A stretch of DNA of 64,000 nucleotides from an uncultured Verrucomicrobiae bacterium (GTDB lineage Bacteria; Verrucomicrobiota; Verrucomicrobiia; Chthoniobacterales; JAFAMB01), in the NCBI GenBank assembly GCA_963813025.1, contig CAWEXO010000011.1, positions 1 through 64,000 on the forward strand. Direction: 5' to 3'. A program made the translations under genes and the position numbers. Under the pieces are notes generated by a model, which saw only the letters and a list, made by a program, of their open reading frames with translations, was not told where the DNA came from and searched no databases. This document shows, one piece after another, positions 20,425 through 29,814 of this stretch (position 1 is the stretch's first letter; each line of letters begins with the position of its first letter).

Positions 20425-21372
20425 ATGAATTGTCGGCCACTCGCGTTACTCCTTTTCACGCTCGCTCCCTGGCTTTCCTTGGCGCAGGATCAGCCCCCCA
20501 AAGCCCCGGTCCACGAAGTTCAGGACGACTATTTCGGGACGAAGATAACTGATCCCTATCGCTGGTTGGAGAACATCAAGCAAGACCCGGAAGCGCAGAA
20601 ATGGTTGAAGGCGCAAGCTGATTTCACTCGTGAAAAGCTCGATTCCATGCCCGGCTACAACAATCTCAAGCCCGGATTACCGAGCTGGTAAACAGCGAGC
20701 CGGCCACGATTTCTCGTCCACGTCTTCTGGCCAACGGAAGCCGGCCCCTATGATCATCCGGCTGATCTCGTCTCGGAGGAACTAAAGGTCCCAAGTTACG
20801 ACGGGACACTCGTTCCCCTTTCGGTCCTTGGTTTAAAAAATTATAAGAAAGACGGTACACGGGGCGTCTGGCTGCAGGCTTACGGCTCGTACGGCATCAT
20901 CGATGAACCGTACTACTCTCCCCTCACCTTGGCGGCATTCGAACACGGGATGTGGCGAGCGGTCGCGCATGTGCGCGGCGGCGGTGTTTACGGTGACGCC
21001 TGGCATCGGCCGGGCAGAAACTCAACAAACCAAACACCTGGAAGGATTTCATCGGCCGGCTTTGAGGGCCTTCGCGAGATGAGCACCTACGAACATATCC
21101 AGCCGAATACCGCCTATCCAGCCCTGCTCCTCTACCACGGGTACAACGATCCGCGCGTGGATGTGTGGGAGTCGGCCAAAGCAGCCGCGCGATTCCAGGC
21201 GGATACCACCAGCGGCAAACCTGTCTTGCTGGATATCGACTACGCACTACGCCGGCGGGCATGGCATTGGAAATACCCGGGAACAGACCATTCGACCATT
21301 CAGCGAGCCGCCGATATCCTGGCGTTTATGCTCTGGAATTTTGGCGATCCGGATTTCCAACCGTCCAAACCA
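20425..21372 (+). pseudogene. Secreted prolyl oligopeptidase (S9A) pseudogene with large internal deletions
   Basis: Signal peptide, DDYFGTKITDPYRWLE; then fragments LQAYGSYG, VAHVRGGGVYGDAWH, YPALLLYHGYNDPRV, GGHG. Most of the beta-propeller and the GxSxGG region are missing. End approximate. Confidence 0.85.
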
Positions 21373-21524
21373 CGGATTTCCAAAGTCGGATCCAGCGCGA
21401 AGGGCCGAAGGGCGGCTAAGAAAGCGAGAAAGAAACCACAGATTTCAAGGAATTTCTTCAGTAGAGCCTGTCAGGAAACGACAGACCCCGCCTTGTTTGT
21501 CGATTCTTCGACCGGTTTCCACGT

Positions 21525-22441
21525 CTAGCATTTTCCCGACAGCAGGAGCCAATCGCACGAGCAATTCTGTGTTGGTTGGCTACCTCGTAGAATGGGAACT
21601 CCGGTGAGGGATTCGCTTCGAAACAATAATATTCGCCCTGGTCAGTTTCCTTGAGGTCGATGCCTGCAAGTTGCAGACCTAGCCGGCAGAGAGTCGCAGG
21701 CAGGCGTCTGCGATCTTTTTCGGCAACGAAACTTCTTCCATCTTGAGGTGCTGCCTTTCGACGGCGTGATAGTCAAGCTCAGGTGAACGAATCCGCACGG
21801 CGAAGCAGCGCTTGCCCACAGTGTGAACACGAATGTCGTCACCCCGAATAATCTTCTGCAAATGCAGCGGAGGCTGTTCGGAGAAGTCGTAATTATTCAG
21901 GTCCGTGAGGCTGAATGCGCGAATTCGGTGGGGGCCGGCGTGCATCGGTTTCGCGATCAGCTGACCTCCGCAAGCCTCCAAAAACTCATGACTCTCCCAT
22001 AAATCATTAGTGACGATCGAGTGTGGCACTCGAATCCGCTTTCACGTATCAAAAGCGCCTGATAAGGTTTGCTTTGATTGGAGAAAATGCTGGACAGAGG
22101 GTTGATCACAGGACAGCCAAGCGACTCGAGCGTTGCCTGCAGAGCCAGGTTGTGTTCCCTGAATATTGCTGCCTTTGATTCTGCTGGAACGTAGTTATCC
22201 ATCCGGCAGGCCGTTGGTTCGGGATATCGGACAAATGCGCCAGTGACTTGGTCCCATCGCAGGTCTAAACCCGAAGACGAGAGCCCACCTGTTACAGATC
22301 GCCTACTGCGACGACAGGTGAACTGGAAGCTCAGCGGGTACGATAATAGATCGAGGTACCGGAACTCGCACTTTTGACGTTGAAGACCCGGAAAGTGTAT
22401 TCAATTACTCGATCTTTTGCCGATCCACAGACAAGAATCAT
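21525..22441 (-). CDS. RimK/MvdC-like ATP-grasp ligase, split by at least 3 frameshifts (~22390, ~22030, ~21682)
   Basis: Stitched translation: MILVCGS...VINP...SNQSKPYQALLIRESGF/VPHSIVTND...IAKP...LQKIIRGDDIRVHTVG...LGLQLAGIDLKET...YYCFEANPSPEF. End approximate. Confidence 0.85.
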
Positions 22442-22466
22442 TTCCCGCAGAGAAGCTAAGGAGTAC

Positions 22467-23300
22467 TCACTCGATAAGCAGGTCGACGATGGCGCTGGAG
22501 ATCTCCAGTCGGGTAGGGTGGTCAAACCAGCCGAGCTTTGGAAAAGCATCGATCGATGCAATCCTCGGTTCACGCTTTTCGAAATGCACCTCAAACTCGA
22601 TCAACGGAAGCTTTGCGAGTGCCGAAAAGTAAAGCAGACGAGACTTGAGCCTGTCAGGCAAAGCAATGTCGCTCTCGTTGATAAAACATTTCGAACCGAC
22701 AACACAAACTCGTCGCGCAACCGCGGTCGACTCCATGAGATGGATTGGAGCGATTTGACGCAGCCGCTGGATGTCTTGCCAGTTACTCGACGTATCGATC
22801 GGGTACTTACTGCCGCTACTCAACGGAGCATAGCTGAACTTCTTCACGACCATCGACGCGCATCGACGCAAGTCCACCGGCATATTAGTTACAATCGAGT
22901 TTACCGGAAGCAACCTTGCCTCATTCAGTAGATCGCTCCAGAATACGAGGGGTAGATTCGGTATGTACCAAAAAATGGCTGGATACCGATTAATCACCTT
23001 ACATTGTGCAGCTGTAATCCAAGCCAGAAGTGCCGCGGCAGTTTCGTGGCGTACCCAGTCTCCTTTCTCGGAATGATCAGCTTTCCATATTTCGGTTGCA
23101 TCGGTACAAACAAACACCCCGTCGATCTTGCTGCCGCTTCGCTTTAGCGATACAAACCGGTCTCCGCCAAAACAGCACGTCAATGGTCCTGCCTCCGATA
23201 GCCGGTCAGAGCTCAAAAATACGCTTTTCCCGCGACTCAATAAGTTTCCCAATACCAAATTGGCGATCCGGTGGCAGCTTCGCCCAAGGACCAAATACAT
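22467..23300 (-). CDS. Degenerate ATP-grasp-like protein
   Basis: Intact 277-aa ORF from MYLVLG; ETAAALLAW...KVINR, SIVTN, RVCVVG are collinear with the downstream ATP-grasp, but the C-terminal ExN motif reads SIDAFP. Confidence 0.65.
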   Translation of the reverse strand: MYLVLGRSCHRIANLVLGNLLSRGKSVFLSSDRLSEAGPLTCCFGGDRFVSLKRSGSKIDGVFVCTDATEIWKADHSEKGDWVRHETAAALLAWITAAQCKVINRYPAIFWYIPNLPLVFWSDLLNEARLLPVNSIVTNMPVDLRRCASMVVKKFSYAPLSSGSKYPIDTSSNWQDIQRLRQIAPIHLMESTAVARRVCVVGSKCFINESDIALPDRLKSRLLYFSALAKLPLIEFEVHFEKREPRIASIDAFPKLGWFDHPTRLEISSAIVDLLIE

Positions 23301-23369
23301 CGCAACCGGGCTTTCTCCGCTGCCAAAATGCAAACTGAGGCGCCTGCCCGACTCAGCAGATTCTCGTTA

Positions 23370-23665
23370 CTAGTGTACCGTCTCGCATATAATGGTGACG
23401 TCGCCGCAGGTCAGTTGGCTGTTTTTCAAGGCGCGAGCGAAGCGCCCATATCTGAGTCATACGGGTCGAGCGAGCAACGCGGAAAAACAGCCAACTGGCC
23501 GCGGCCCGGAGGGTTGCGATGAAAATGGGCCGGCGGCTGCGTTGCTCGTCGGTTACGTATCGATTCAGATATGCGCCCTCTACCGCCAGTCCGGCTCGGA
23601 CCGCCTTGCCGGCGGCCCATTTTGATCGCAACGACATCACCATTATATGCGAGACGGTACACTAG
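23370..23665. mobile_element. MITE-like element, copy 1 (CTAG-bounded, ~30-bp terminal inverted repeats)
   Basis: ctagtgtaccgtctcgcatataatggtga...tcaccattatatgcgagacggtacactag; homologous copy at 62588-62866; no transposase ORF. Confidence 0.85.
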
Positions 23666-23701
23666 GTGGTTAAAAGTTAGCTTACTGGATTCGTGCATCA
23701 A

Positions 23702-24072
23702 TCAGATGTCACTTGCCGCCTTTAGCAAGTGATCTGAAAGTTTCTCTATCCGTGCTTCAAGCGAAGTCAGTCGGCTGACAACTGCATCGAAGCTACCATG
23801 AGCCGGATCGTCGAGAATTCCACCTACCAACAATTCCACGTTCCATTTGCGACCGAACGCATGATCAACAATTTTCTCTAATCTATTGGTTGTTGTGAGC
23901 TGGATCGCCGGGGTTGGTGTCAGCGCCCCTATACACAAATCCTCGTTGTCATCCGGGTATCCAGGTGGATCTGAAGCCGGGTTTTGGCCCTTTTTGTAAA
24001 CGCCTTGATCGATTGCATTTTGCAGCCTTCGCTCGATCGCTTGTCGTAAGTCCTGTATTTTTCTTTAGGCAT
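23702..24072 (-). CDS. Unknown ~123-aa protein (A2), paralog of 25656-26018; one base missing in an A5 run at ~24060
   Basis: Restored translation MPKEKIQDLRQAIERRLQNAIDQGVYKKG...PDDNEDL...NRLEKIVD...RKW...FDAVVSRLTSLEARIEKLSDHLLK aligns end to end with A1. Confidence 0.8.
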
Positions 24073-24149
24073 ATGGTTCTTTCTATGTTGGATGGAGAAA
24101 AGTCACGGTGAAAAGATTATAATGGGCTCTATCGGCGTCCGGAGCACTT

Positions 24150-25372
24150 TTAGTTTAGCTCATATTGCCGATCTATCGCCGCTATGTCTTTGCGAAGTTG
24201 AAGGTTCGCTTGCTCCGTAGCCATTGTTAAGTCGCGGAAGCTTTCGTCACCTCGAAAGACGTCAAGGCTCGGATCATCGAGCATTAATGGAAGGTGCCTC
24301 GTCGCCTGGCGAAAAACGTCTTTAAGATATTTGTAAGCTTCTTCGTAATTGCCCAAGCAGCGCTCAGCCACCGCAAGATAGTATGCGTCCCAATGATCAA
24401 TGGCGGACCCCTGCGCCTCCTGGCGAACGAGTGAAGAAATCTTCTCAGCTTTCCTTTGGACCTCCGAGGCATCATTTAACGATCTCGCGCGCAGCGCAAG
24501 ATAGAACATGGAGCCCATCGATCCCATTCCCCCCAGGAGCCGCGACCCTGTTGCTTTCTCTTAGTCGCCAGGTCTAAGACCGTGTTCCAGTCGCCGAGGC
24601 GAGCGGCACAGGCAACCCACAGCTCAAGGACGGTCTTACCGTAGGCCCTCAGCTCTAAAGGCAATCCTCGCAAGCGCGCCTCTGCCCCAGAAAGCTTCCC
24701 CCGAAACATCAAACGATTAGCTCGTAAAATCTTCCGTCGAACGGGGTTGGTTTCAACCTGGATCGATTCTTTGAACCAATGGTCCGCGCGATTGTGATCT
24801 CCCGCCATCATACAAGTCAACCCCAGGGCAAAGGGCTGGTATGGATCATTGGGATCAATCCTGTGACATTTTCTCAATAATTCGTATTGACGGCTAAATT
24901 CGCTATCCTCCTCTGCCAGGTACGCCGCGCGTCTGTTCGGCTCAAAGTCGTTTGGAGCTAACTCGAGTGCCTTGTCGTTCTGCTTTCTTGCTTCTTCATG
25001 CAGTCCTTTGAAGTTGCAAGCTCGCGCCAAAGTCGCGTAAGCGCGTGCCTGATTGTGATCAAAGGCGTCGATCGCGCGACGAGCAGACTCGATTGCAAGA
25101 TCCAAGTTGGATTCGTCCCCCTGCTCATAAGGAGCAAAACGGTCAATGTAGGCGTCGGTCAGAGCAGTATGGGCAAGCGCAAAGTTTGGATCAATTTCAA
25201 CCGCCTCTCTAAAAAGCGCGATGGCCCGTTCGTTGTCTTCTTTGCGTCTTCGGTGATAGAGAGCCAGGCCACGCAAATGCTTTTTATGGGCAAGCAAATG
25301 CTTTTCATGGGGACGCAAATGCTTTTTATGGGGACCGGTTTTTTCGGTTGAGGTGTCTTTTTCTTCAGGCAT
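24150..25372 (-). CDS. Stand-alone TPR protein duplicating the C-terminal region of the kinase; frameshift at ~24510
   Basis: DNERAIALFREAVE, LAPNDFEPNRRAAYLAE, QYELLRKCH, ATRHLPLM are shared with 26110-28809; start MPEEK at 25372. Confidence 0.85.
25273..25333. repeat. 21-bp tandem repeat x3 in the TPR gene 5' end
   Basis: gcaaatgcttttYatggg units encoding HKKHLRP-HEKHLLA-HKKHLRG. Confidence 0.85.
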
Positions 25373-25448
25373 ATAATTCTTTCTGTATTGAGATGCAAAA
25401 AAAGTCGCGGTGAAAAGATTATGACTGCTCAATGGGGTCGGGCTGCGT

Positions 25449-25553
25449 TTAAGTTTCGCTAATATTGCTGATCTATTGACGCTATGTCTTTGCGAAGTTG
25501 AAGGTCCGCTTGGTCCGTAGCTCTTGTTAAGTCGTCCCAAGGACCAAATACAT
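25449..25553 (-). pseudogene. Deletion scar: ATP-grasp-like gene start fused to a TPR gene end
   Basis: 25536-25553 (cccaaggaccaaatacat, MYLVLG) is identical to 23283-23300; 25449-25534 (DLTRATDQADLQLRKDIASIDQQY*) closely resembles 24150-24234. Confidence 0.8.
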
Positions 25554-25655
25554 CAAGCGCAGGTCTTCGCGTCAAAGTGAGGGACTTGGAGGCCTCGACA
25601 AATTCCCGCTACGGAGTAGTACAAAGGCGTTTTTATCCCTGCCATTGATCGGAGG

Positions 25656-26018
25656 TCATTTCTGACCTTTTATCAGGTGATCTGAAAGCTTCTTTATCTG
25701 GGCTTCGAGACGAGTTAGCCGCCTGATCACTTCATCAAAGGTCGTGGAGGTTGCATCCTCCTGAATCCCGTGTTTCAGCTCAGGACCCCATTTACGGGAC
25801 ATTGAATTATCGACTATTTTCTCTAAACCATTACGTGGTTCACCGGGCGAAACGGCCTTTTGCGTGGGGTCGATTGTATCTAAGTCATCGTTGTCGTTCG
25901 GAGGTGGGGGCGCGCTTTTTGGCTGTTTGCTCCCCTTAAGGTAAACCTTCTGATCAACGGCGTGTTGCAGCCGTGCTTCGATAGCTGCTCGTAAGTCCTT
26001 TACTTTAGGTTTTGACAT
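25656..26018 (-). CDS. Unknown 120-aa protein (A1); candidate ATP-grasp substrate or precursor
   Basis: MSKPKVKDLRAAIEARLQHAVDQKVYLKG...; paralog at 23702-24072; start chosen by alignment and the shared upstream motif. Confidence 0.8.
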   Translation of the reverse strand: MSKPKVKDLRAAIEARLQHAVDQKVYLKGSKQPKSAPPPPNDNDDLDTIDPTQKAVSPGEPRNGLEKIVDNSMSRKWGPELKHGIQEDATSTTFDEVIRRLTRLEAQIKKLSDHLIKGQK

Positions 26019-26109
26019 ATCATTGTTTCTATTGTCTGCTGGGAAAAAAGTCACGACTGAAACCTCCTTGGCCACTCCTAATTCGGCCGCCCGAAAGGGG
26101 TTGATCTAT

Positions 26110-28809
26110 CTAATAACGCCGCTCTATTTGCACGATATCTTTCCGAAGTTGATCGTTAGCTTTCTCGGTTTCAGTTATTAATTCTCGAAAATTGTGATCG
26201 CCTCGAAAAACGTCGAGAATCGGATCATTTATCATCAACGGGAGATGCCTCGTTGCAATCCGGAAGACTGGTTTAAGGTATTTGTAAGCTTCGCCGTCAT
26301 TACCCAGAACTCGCTCGCTAACAGATAACTCAAAGGCGTCCCAGCCATCTATGGAGGATCCTTGGTTTTCGTGACGCACGATTGAAGTAATTTGCTCAGC
26401 TGCTTTTCGAGCGCCAGGCGCGTCGTTGAATACGCTCGCACGCAAAGCAAGATAAATAAGAGACCATCGGTCCCATTTCCAGTAGCCGGAGCCTTGTTGA
26501 TATCTCTTGGTAGCTAGATCTGAGACGGTGTTCCAGTCGCCGAGGCGAGCAGCGCAAGCGACCAGCAGTTCCAGTACGGTGTTTCCGTAAGCTCGCAGCT
26601 CTAAAGGCAACCCCCGCAAAATTGCTTCTGCGTCAGGAAGCTTCCCTTGAAACATCAAACGATTAGCTTCCAGAATCTTCCGTCGAACGGCGTCGGCCTC
26701 AACCTGGATCGATTCTTTGAACCAATGGTCGGCGCGCTCGTGATCTCTCGCCATCATACAAGTCAACCCCAGCGCAAAGGGCTCGTAGGGATCATTTGGA
26801 TCAATGCTATGACATTTTCTCAATAATTCGTATTGCCGGCTAAATTGGCCGTCTACCTCGGCCAGATACGCCGCGCGTCTGTTCGGCTCAAAATCGTTTG
26901 GAGCTAACTGGAGTGCCTTGTCGTTGATTCTTCGTGCTTCTTCGTCCGAACCTTTGAAATTCAAAGCACGCGCCAAGGTCGCGTAAGCACGTGCCTGATT
27001 AGGATCCAATGCGACGGCGCGCCGAGCAAAATCAACGGCAAGATCGAAGTTGGATTCGTCCTGCTCGAAGAGAGACGCACGCTCAATGTAGGCGTTGGCC
27101 AGAGCAACATACGCAAGCGCGAATTTTGGATCAACTTCAACCGCTTCTCGGAAAAGCGCGATGGCCCGTTCGTTGTCATCTTTCTGACTCAGGTGGTAGA
27201 GCGCCTGGCCATGCAAATACTTTTCATAAGCATCGGAGTTTTCCGTCGGCCTATTCTCCAACTTCTCGCGCTCATCCGCGGTAAGCTGCGCATGCAACGC
27301 CCCGGCGATGTTTTCCGCTAAATCACTTTGAATGGCGAACAAGTCATTGATCTGACGATCGTAGGAAGCTCCCCAGAGCGGGCGATCATTGCGCGAATCG
27401 TAGAGAATAGTAACAAGTTTAAGCCGGTTTCCCACTCGTTGGATGCTGCTCTCCAGCACCGCGCCGACATTCAGCTCAGAACCGATTTCTCGAATATCTT
27501 TTCGCCCGGTGTTCGGCACCGCCTTGTAACGAAGAACCGAACTCCGGGCAATAACCCGTAAATCGGCGACCTTGGATAGTTCGAAAATAACTTCGTTGGT
27601 TAAGCCGTCACTGAGGTCGTCATTCTGGCTATCGCCGCCCACGTTGTCAAAAGGCAGCACTGCGACCGATTTCTGGAGTCCACTCGATGAGGTCGGCCGC
27701 AGAAACAGATACAATCCGCCGGCTCCGGCGAGGAGAATGAGAGCGGCGACTCCGCTCAGAAGCCAGCGTCGAGCAGAGTTCGCCCCTGGCCAGCGCGACC
27801 CGAATTGCCGGACCCGAGCAGGCGCTTCTCCCGGCCCCAGCTTTTCCTGGGTTTCCTGGACCATTTTCAGCAACGCTTCCGGCGTCTGGGGGCGATCTCG
27901 CGGATTGCGCGCGAGCATCTGCCGGAGCAGCGCGACCAGCGGTTGCGGGCAATGCCGCAATTTGTCAATCGGCAGACGCGATTCCAGATGCTGTACCGCG
28001 ATCTGGGACGGTGACCCGCTGAAAGGCAGCGTATTTGTGACCATCTGCCACAGCGTAATCCCCAGGGAATAGATGTCCGACCGTATATCCACCGGTTCTC
28101 CCGCAAATTGCTCCGGACTGGCGTAACGGGGAGTGCCTAAAAAAACGCCGGGGGCCGAATCTTCGGACGACTCGGAGTCGAGTTTCGCCAACCCAAAATC
28201 GATGACCTTCGTGTTCAGGCGACCCTGGCTGTCTGACGAAACGATGAGGTTAGACGGTTTGATGTCACGGTGGATCAATCCCAGCTCATGGGCTGCCGCT
28301 AAAGCGGAACCAACCTGGGAGGTGATCCCTAACGCTTGCCGCACCCCAAGCGGCCCTTCCGTCGCGATCAAATGTTCGATCGTCTGGCCGGTTACCAGCT
28401 CCATCGCGTAGAAGTAGGATTGCTGAGTCGAACCCAGATAAAAAACCGACGCGATGTTCGGATGCCGGAGCGACGCGGCCGCGCGCGCTTCGCGCAGGAA
28501 CCGATTCTTGAGAGCTTCGTTGCCGATCAGGTGAGAAGCGATCACTTTTAAAGCGACCGGTCTTTGCAGGACGGTGTCGAGCGCCCGGTAGGTGACTCCC
28601 ATTGCGCCGCGCCCCAGTTGCAGCGGCTTTTTTTCGGAATCCAGATCGACGATAAAATGGTCAAAGCGGAGAATGGTCAAAGCAGCTGCGCCTTCCGCAG
28701 ATCCGGGTGATGATGAATCTCCGGCTTGGGACACCCCGGTAGTCGCGGTCCAGTTGCTCTCCGGCGCAAGACGACAATCCGGGCAGAGGGAAAATTGACC
28801 GGACGCCAA
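26110..28809 (-). CDS. Membrane Ser/Thr protein kinase with TolB-like and TPR domains; true start probably slightly upstream (~28880)
   Basis: LGRGAMG, VALK, HRDIKPSN, DFG, GTPRYASPEQ; TM helix; SVAVLPFDN...LRVIARSS; TPRs. In-frame upstream CSGC pairs with CPDC as a likely Zn ribbon. Confidence 0.93.
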   Translation of the reverse strand: MASGQFSLCPDCRLAPESNWTATTGVSQAGDSSSPGSAEGAAALTILRFDHFIVDLDSEKKPLQLGRGAMGVTYRALDTVLQRPVALKVIASHLIGNEALKNRFLREARAAASLRHPNIASVFYLGSTQQSYFYAMELVTGQTIEHLIATEGPLGVRQALGITSQVGSALAAAHELGLIHRDIKPSNLIVSSDSQGRLNTKVIDFGLAKLDSESSEDSAPGVFLGTPRYASPEQFAGEPVDIRSDIYSLGITLWQMVTNTLPFSGSPSQIAVQHLESRLPIDKLRHCPQPLVALLRQMLARNPRDRPQTPEALLKMVQETQEKLGPGEAPARVRQFGSRWPGANSARRWLLSGVAALILLAGAGGLYLFLRPTSSSGLQKSVAVLPFDNVGGDSQNDDLSDGLTNEVIFELSKVADLRVIARSSVLRYKAVPNTGRKDIREIGSELNVGAVLESSIQRVGNRLKLVTILYDSRNDRPLWGASYDRQINDLFAIQSDLAENIAGALHAQLTADEREKLENRPTENSDAYEKYLHGQALYHLSQKDDNERAIALFREAVEVDPKFALAYVALANAYIERASLFEQDESNFDLAVDFARRAVALDPNQARAYATLARALNFKGSDEEARRINDKALQLAPNDFEPNRRAAYLAEVDGQFSRQYELLRKCHSIDPNDPYEPFALGLTCMMARDHERADHWFKESIQVEADAVRRKILEANRLMFQGKLPDAEAILRGLPLELRAYGNTVLELLVACAARLGDWNTVSDLATKRYQQGSGYWKWDRWSLIYLALRASVFNDAPGARKAAEQITSIVRHENQGSSIDGWDAFELSVSERVLGNDGEAYKYLKPVFRIATRHLPLMINDPILDVFRGDHNFRELITETEKANDQLRKDIVQIERRY

Positions 28810-28905
28810 CGGCTTGCCACAACCGGAACAGACGGAAAAGGACGCCCCGCTGGACGTTCCGTCGCTGGCCCAGGCAACTACTCCTTTTAGCGGAACAGCT
28901 ATCGC

Positions 28906-29667
28906 TTACCTCCCTTCCGCGGCGACCAGCGCTTCGTACAAAGCATGGATCTCAGCATCGACATCCCTCTGATCTTTGAGGGTCAAAGCCACCTCCTGGC
29001 GCAGAAAAAGGCTGAACCGTTTTCGTATCCGGCTTACCAGCGTTTTAGCCCCGGAAACTTTCAGACCCAGCGAGCGCGCCAACTCTTGATAACTTGGCTC
29101 TGTCTGATTACCGGTAAGATTCAGATAATTTCGCAGGCGCTCAAACACGGCGGCCTTCCCTGTCCGGCAAAACTCTTCGGACAAACGGGCGGTCGCTCGT
29201 TCCAGAAGGAGCTTCGCCCAACAGGCGTCAAACATCGTCGCCGCCGTGAAGGTATCGGCAGATTCGACCGGAACACAGGGCTCGTCCTTCTCCGCATCCA
29301 AGAGAACCGGGCGAACACCGCCGCCCCGTTTTGCGGCCCTGGCATGCTTCAGGTTCGAGCGGATATAGTTCTCGAAAGAGGCGAGCAGGAAGGAACGGAA
29401 TCTGCCCCTGTCCTGGCGCGCATGCCTTAACATCTTCTTCTCGACGACATGCAAAAAAAAACCCTGAGTTAAATCCTCGGCATCCTCTTCCGAGAAGCCT
29501 CGATACCGAGCAAAGGTGTACAGGGGATACCAGTATGACGCGCAAAGCTGGCTGAAAGCTTTGTCGTGTTCCGGCTTTAGACGATCGGCTGAGCGAAAAA
29601 CAAGGTCCCAGCAGGTGGTCTCGAACCGGATCACCTTGTCGTCAGCGGTCGTGTGCCCATCGCTCAC
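28906..29667 (-). CDS. ECF sigma-70 factor of the kinase-associated type
   Basis: FETTCWDLV, LCASYWYPLY, DAEDLTQGFF, RGRFRSFLL, KRGGG, region-4 SYQELARSLG; directly upstream of the kinase. Confidence 0.92.
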   Translation of the reverse strand: MSDGHTTADDKVIRFETTCWDLVFRSADRLKPEHDKAFSQLCASYWYPLYTFARYRGFSEEDAEDLTQGFFLHVVEKKMLRHARQDRGRFRSFLLASFENYIRSNLKHARAAKRGGGVRPVLLDAEKDEPCVPVESADTFTAATMFDACWAKLLLERATARLSEEFCRTGKAAVFERLRNYLNLTGNQTEPSYQELARSLGLKVSGAKTLVSRIRKRFSLFLRQEVALTLKDQRDVDAEIHALYEALVAAEGR

Positions 29668-29814
29668 CGGAAGATCACAAGCTGGGTCCGCAACCTACCA
29701 GAACACTCGGAACCGAACAAATGACATTATCGGCCAGGCATGCTCGCACCTGAGTAAAACATTCACATTTCTAAAGACTGACAGATCTCTCTGACCTTTC
29801 GGAAAGGTCTGCTT

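Noticed and set aside
23353..23701. Short ORFs within the MITE copies and REPINs (also 62610-62965, 30191-30617, 55847-56444)
   Set aside because: Their mutual similarity comes from the non-coding repeats; no transposase motifs.
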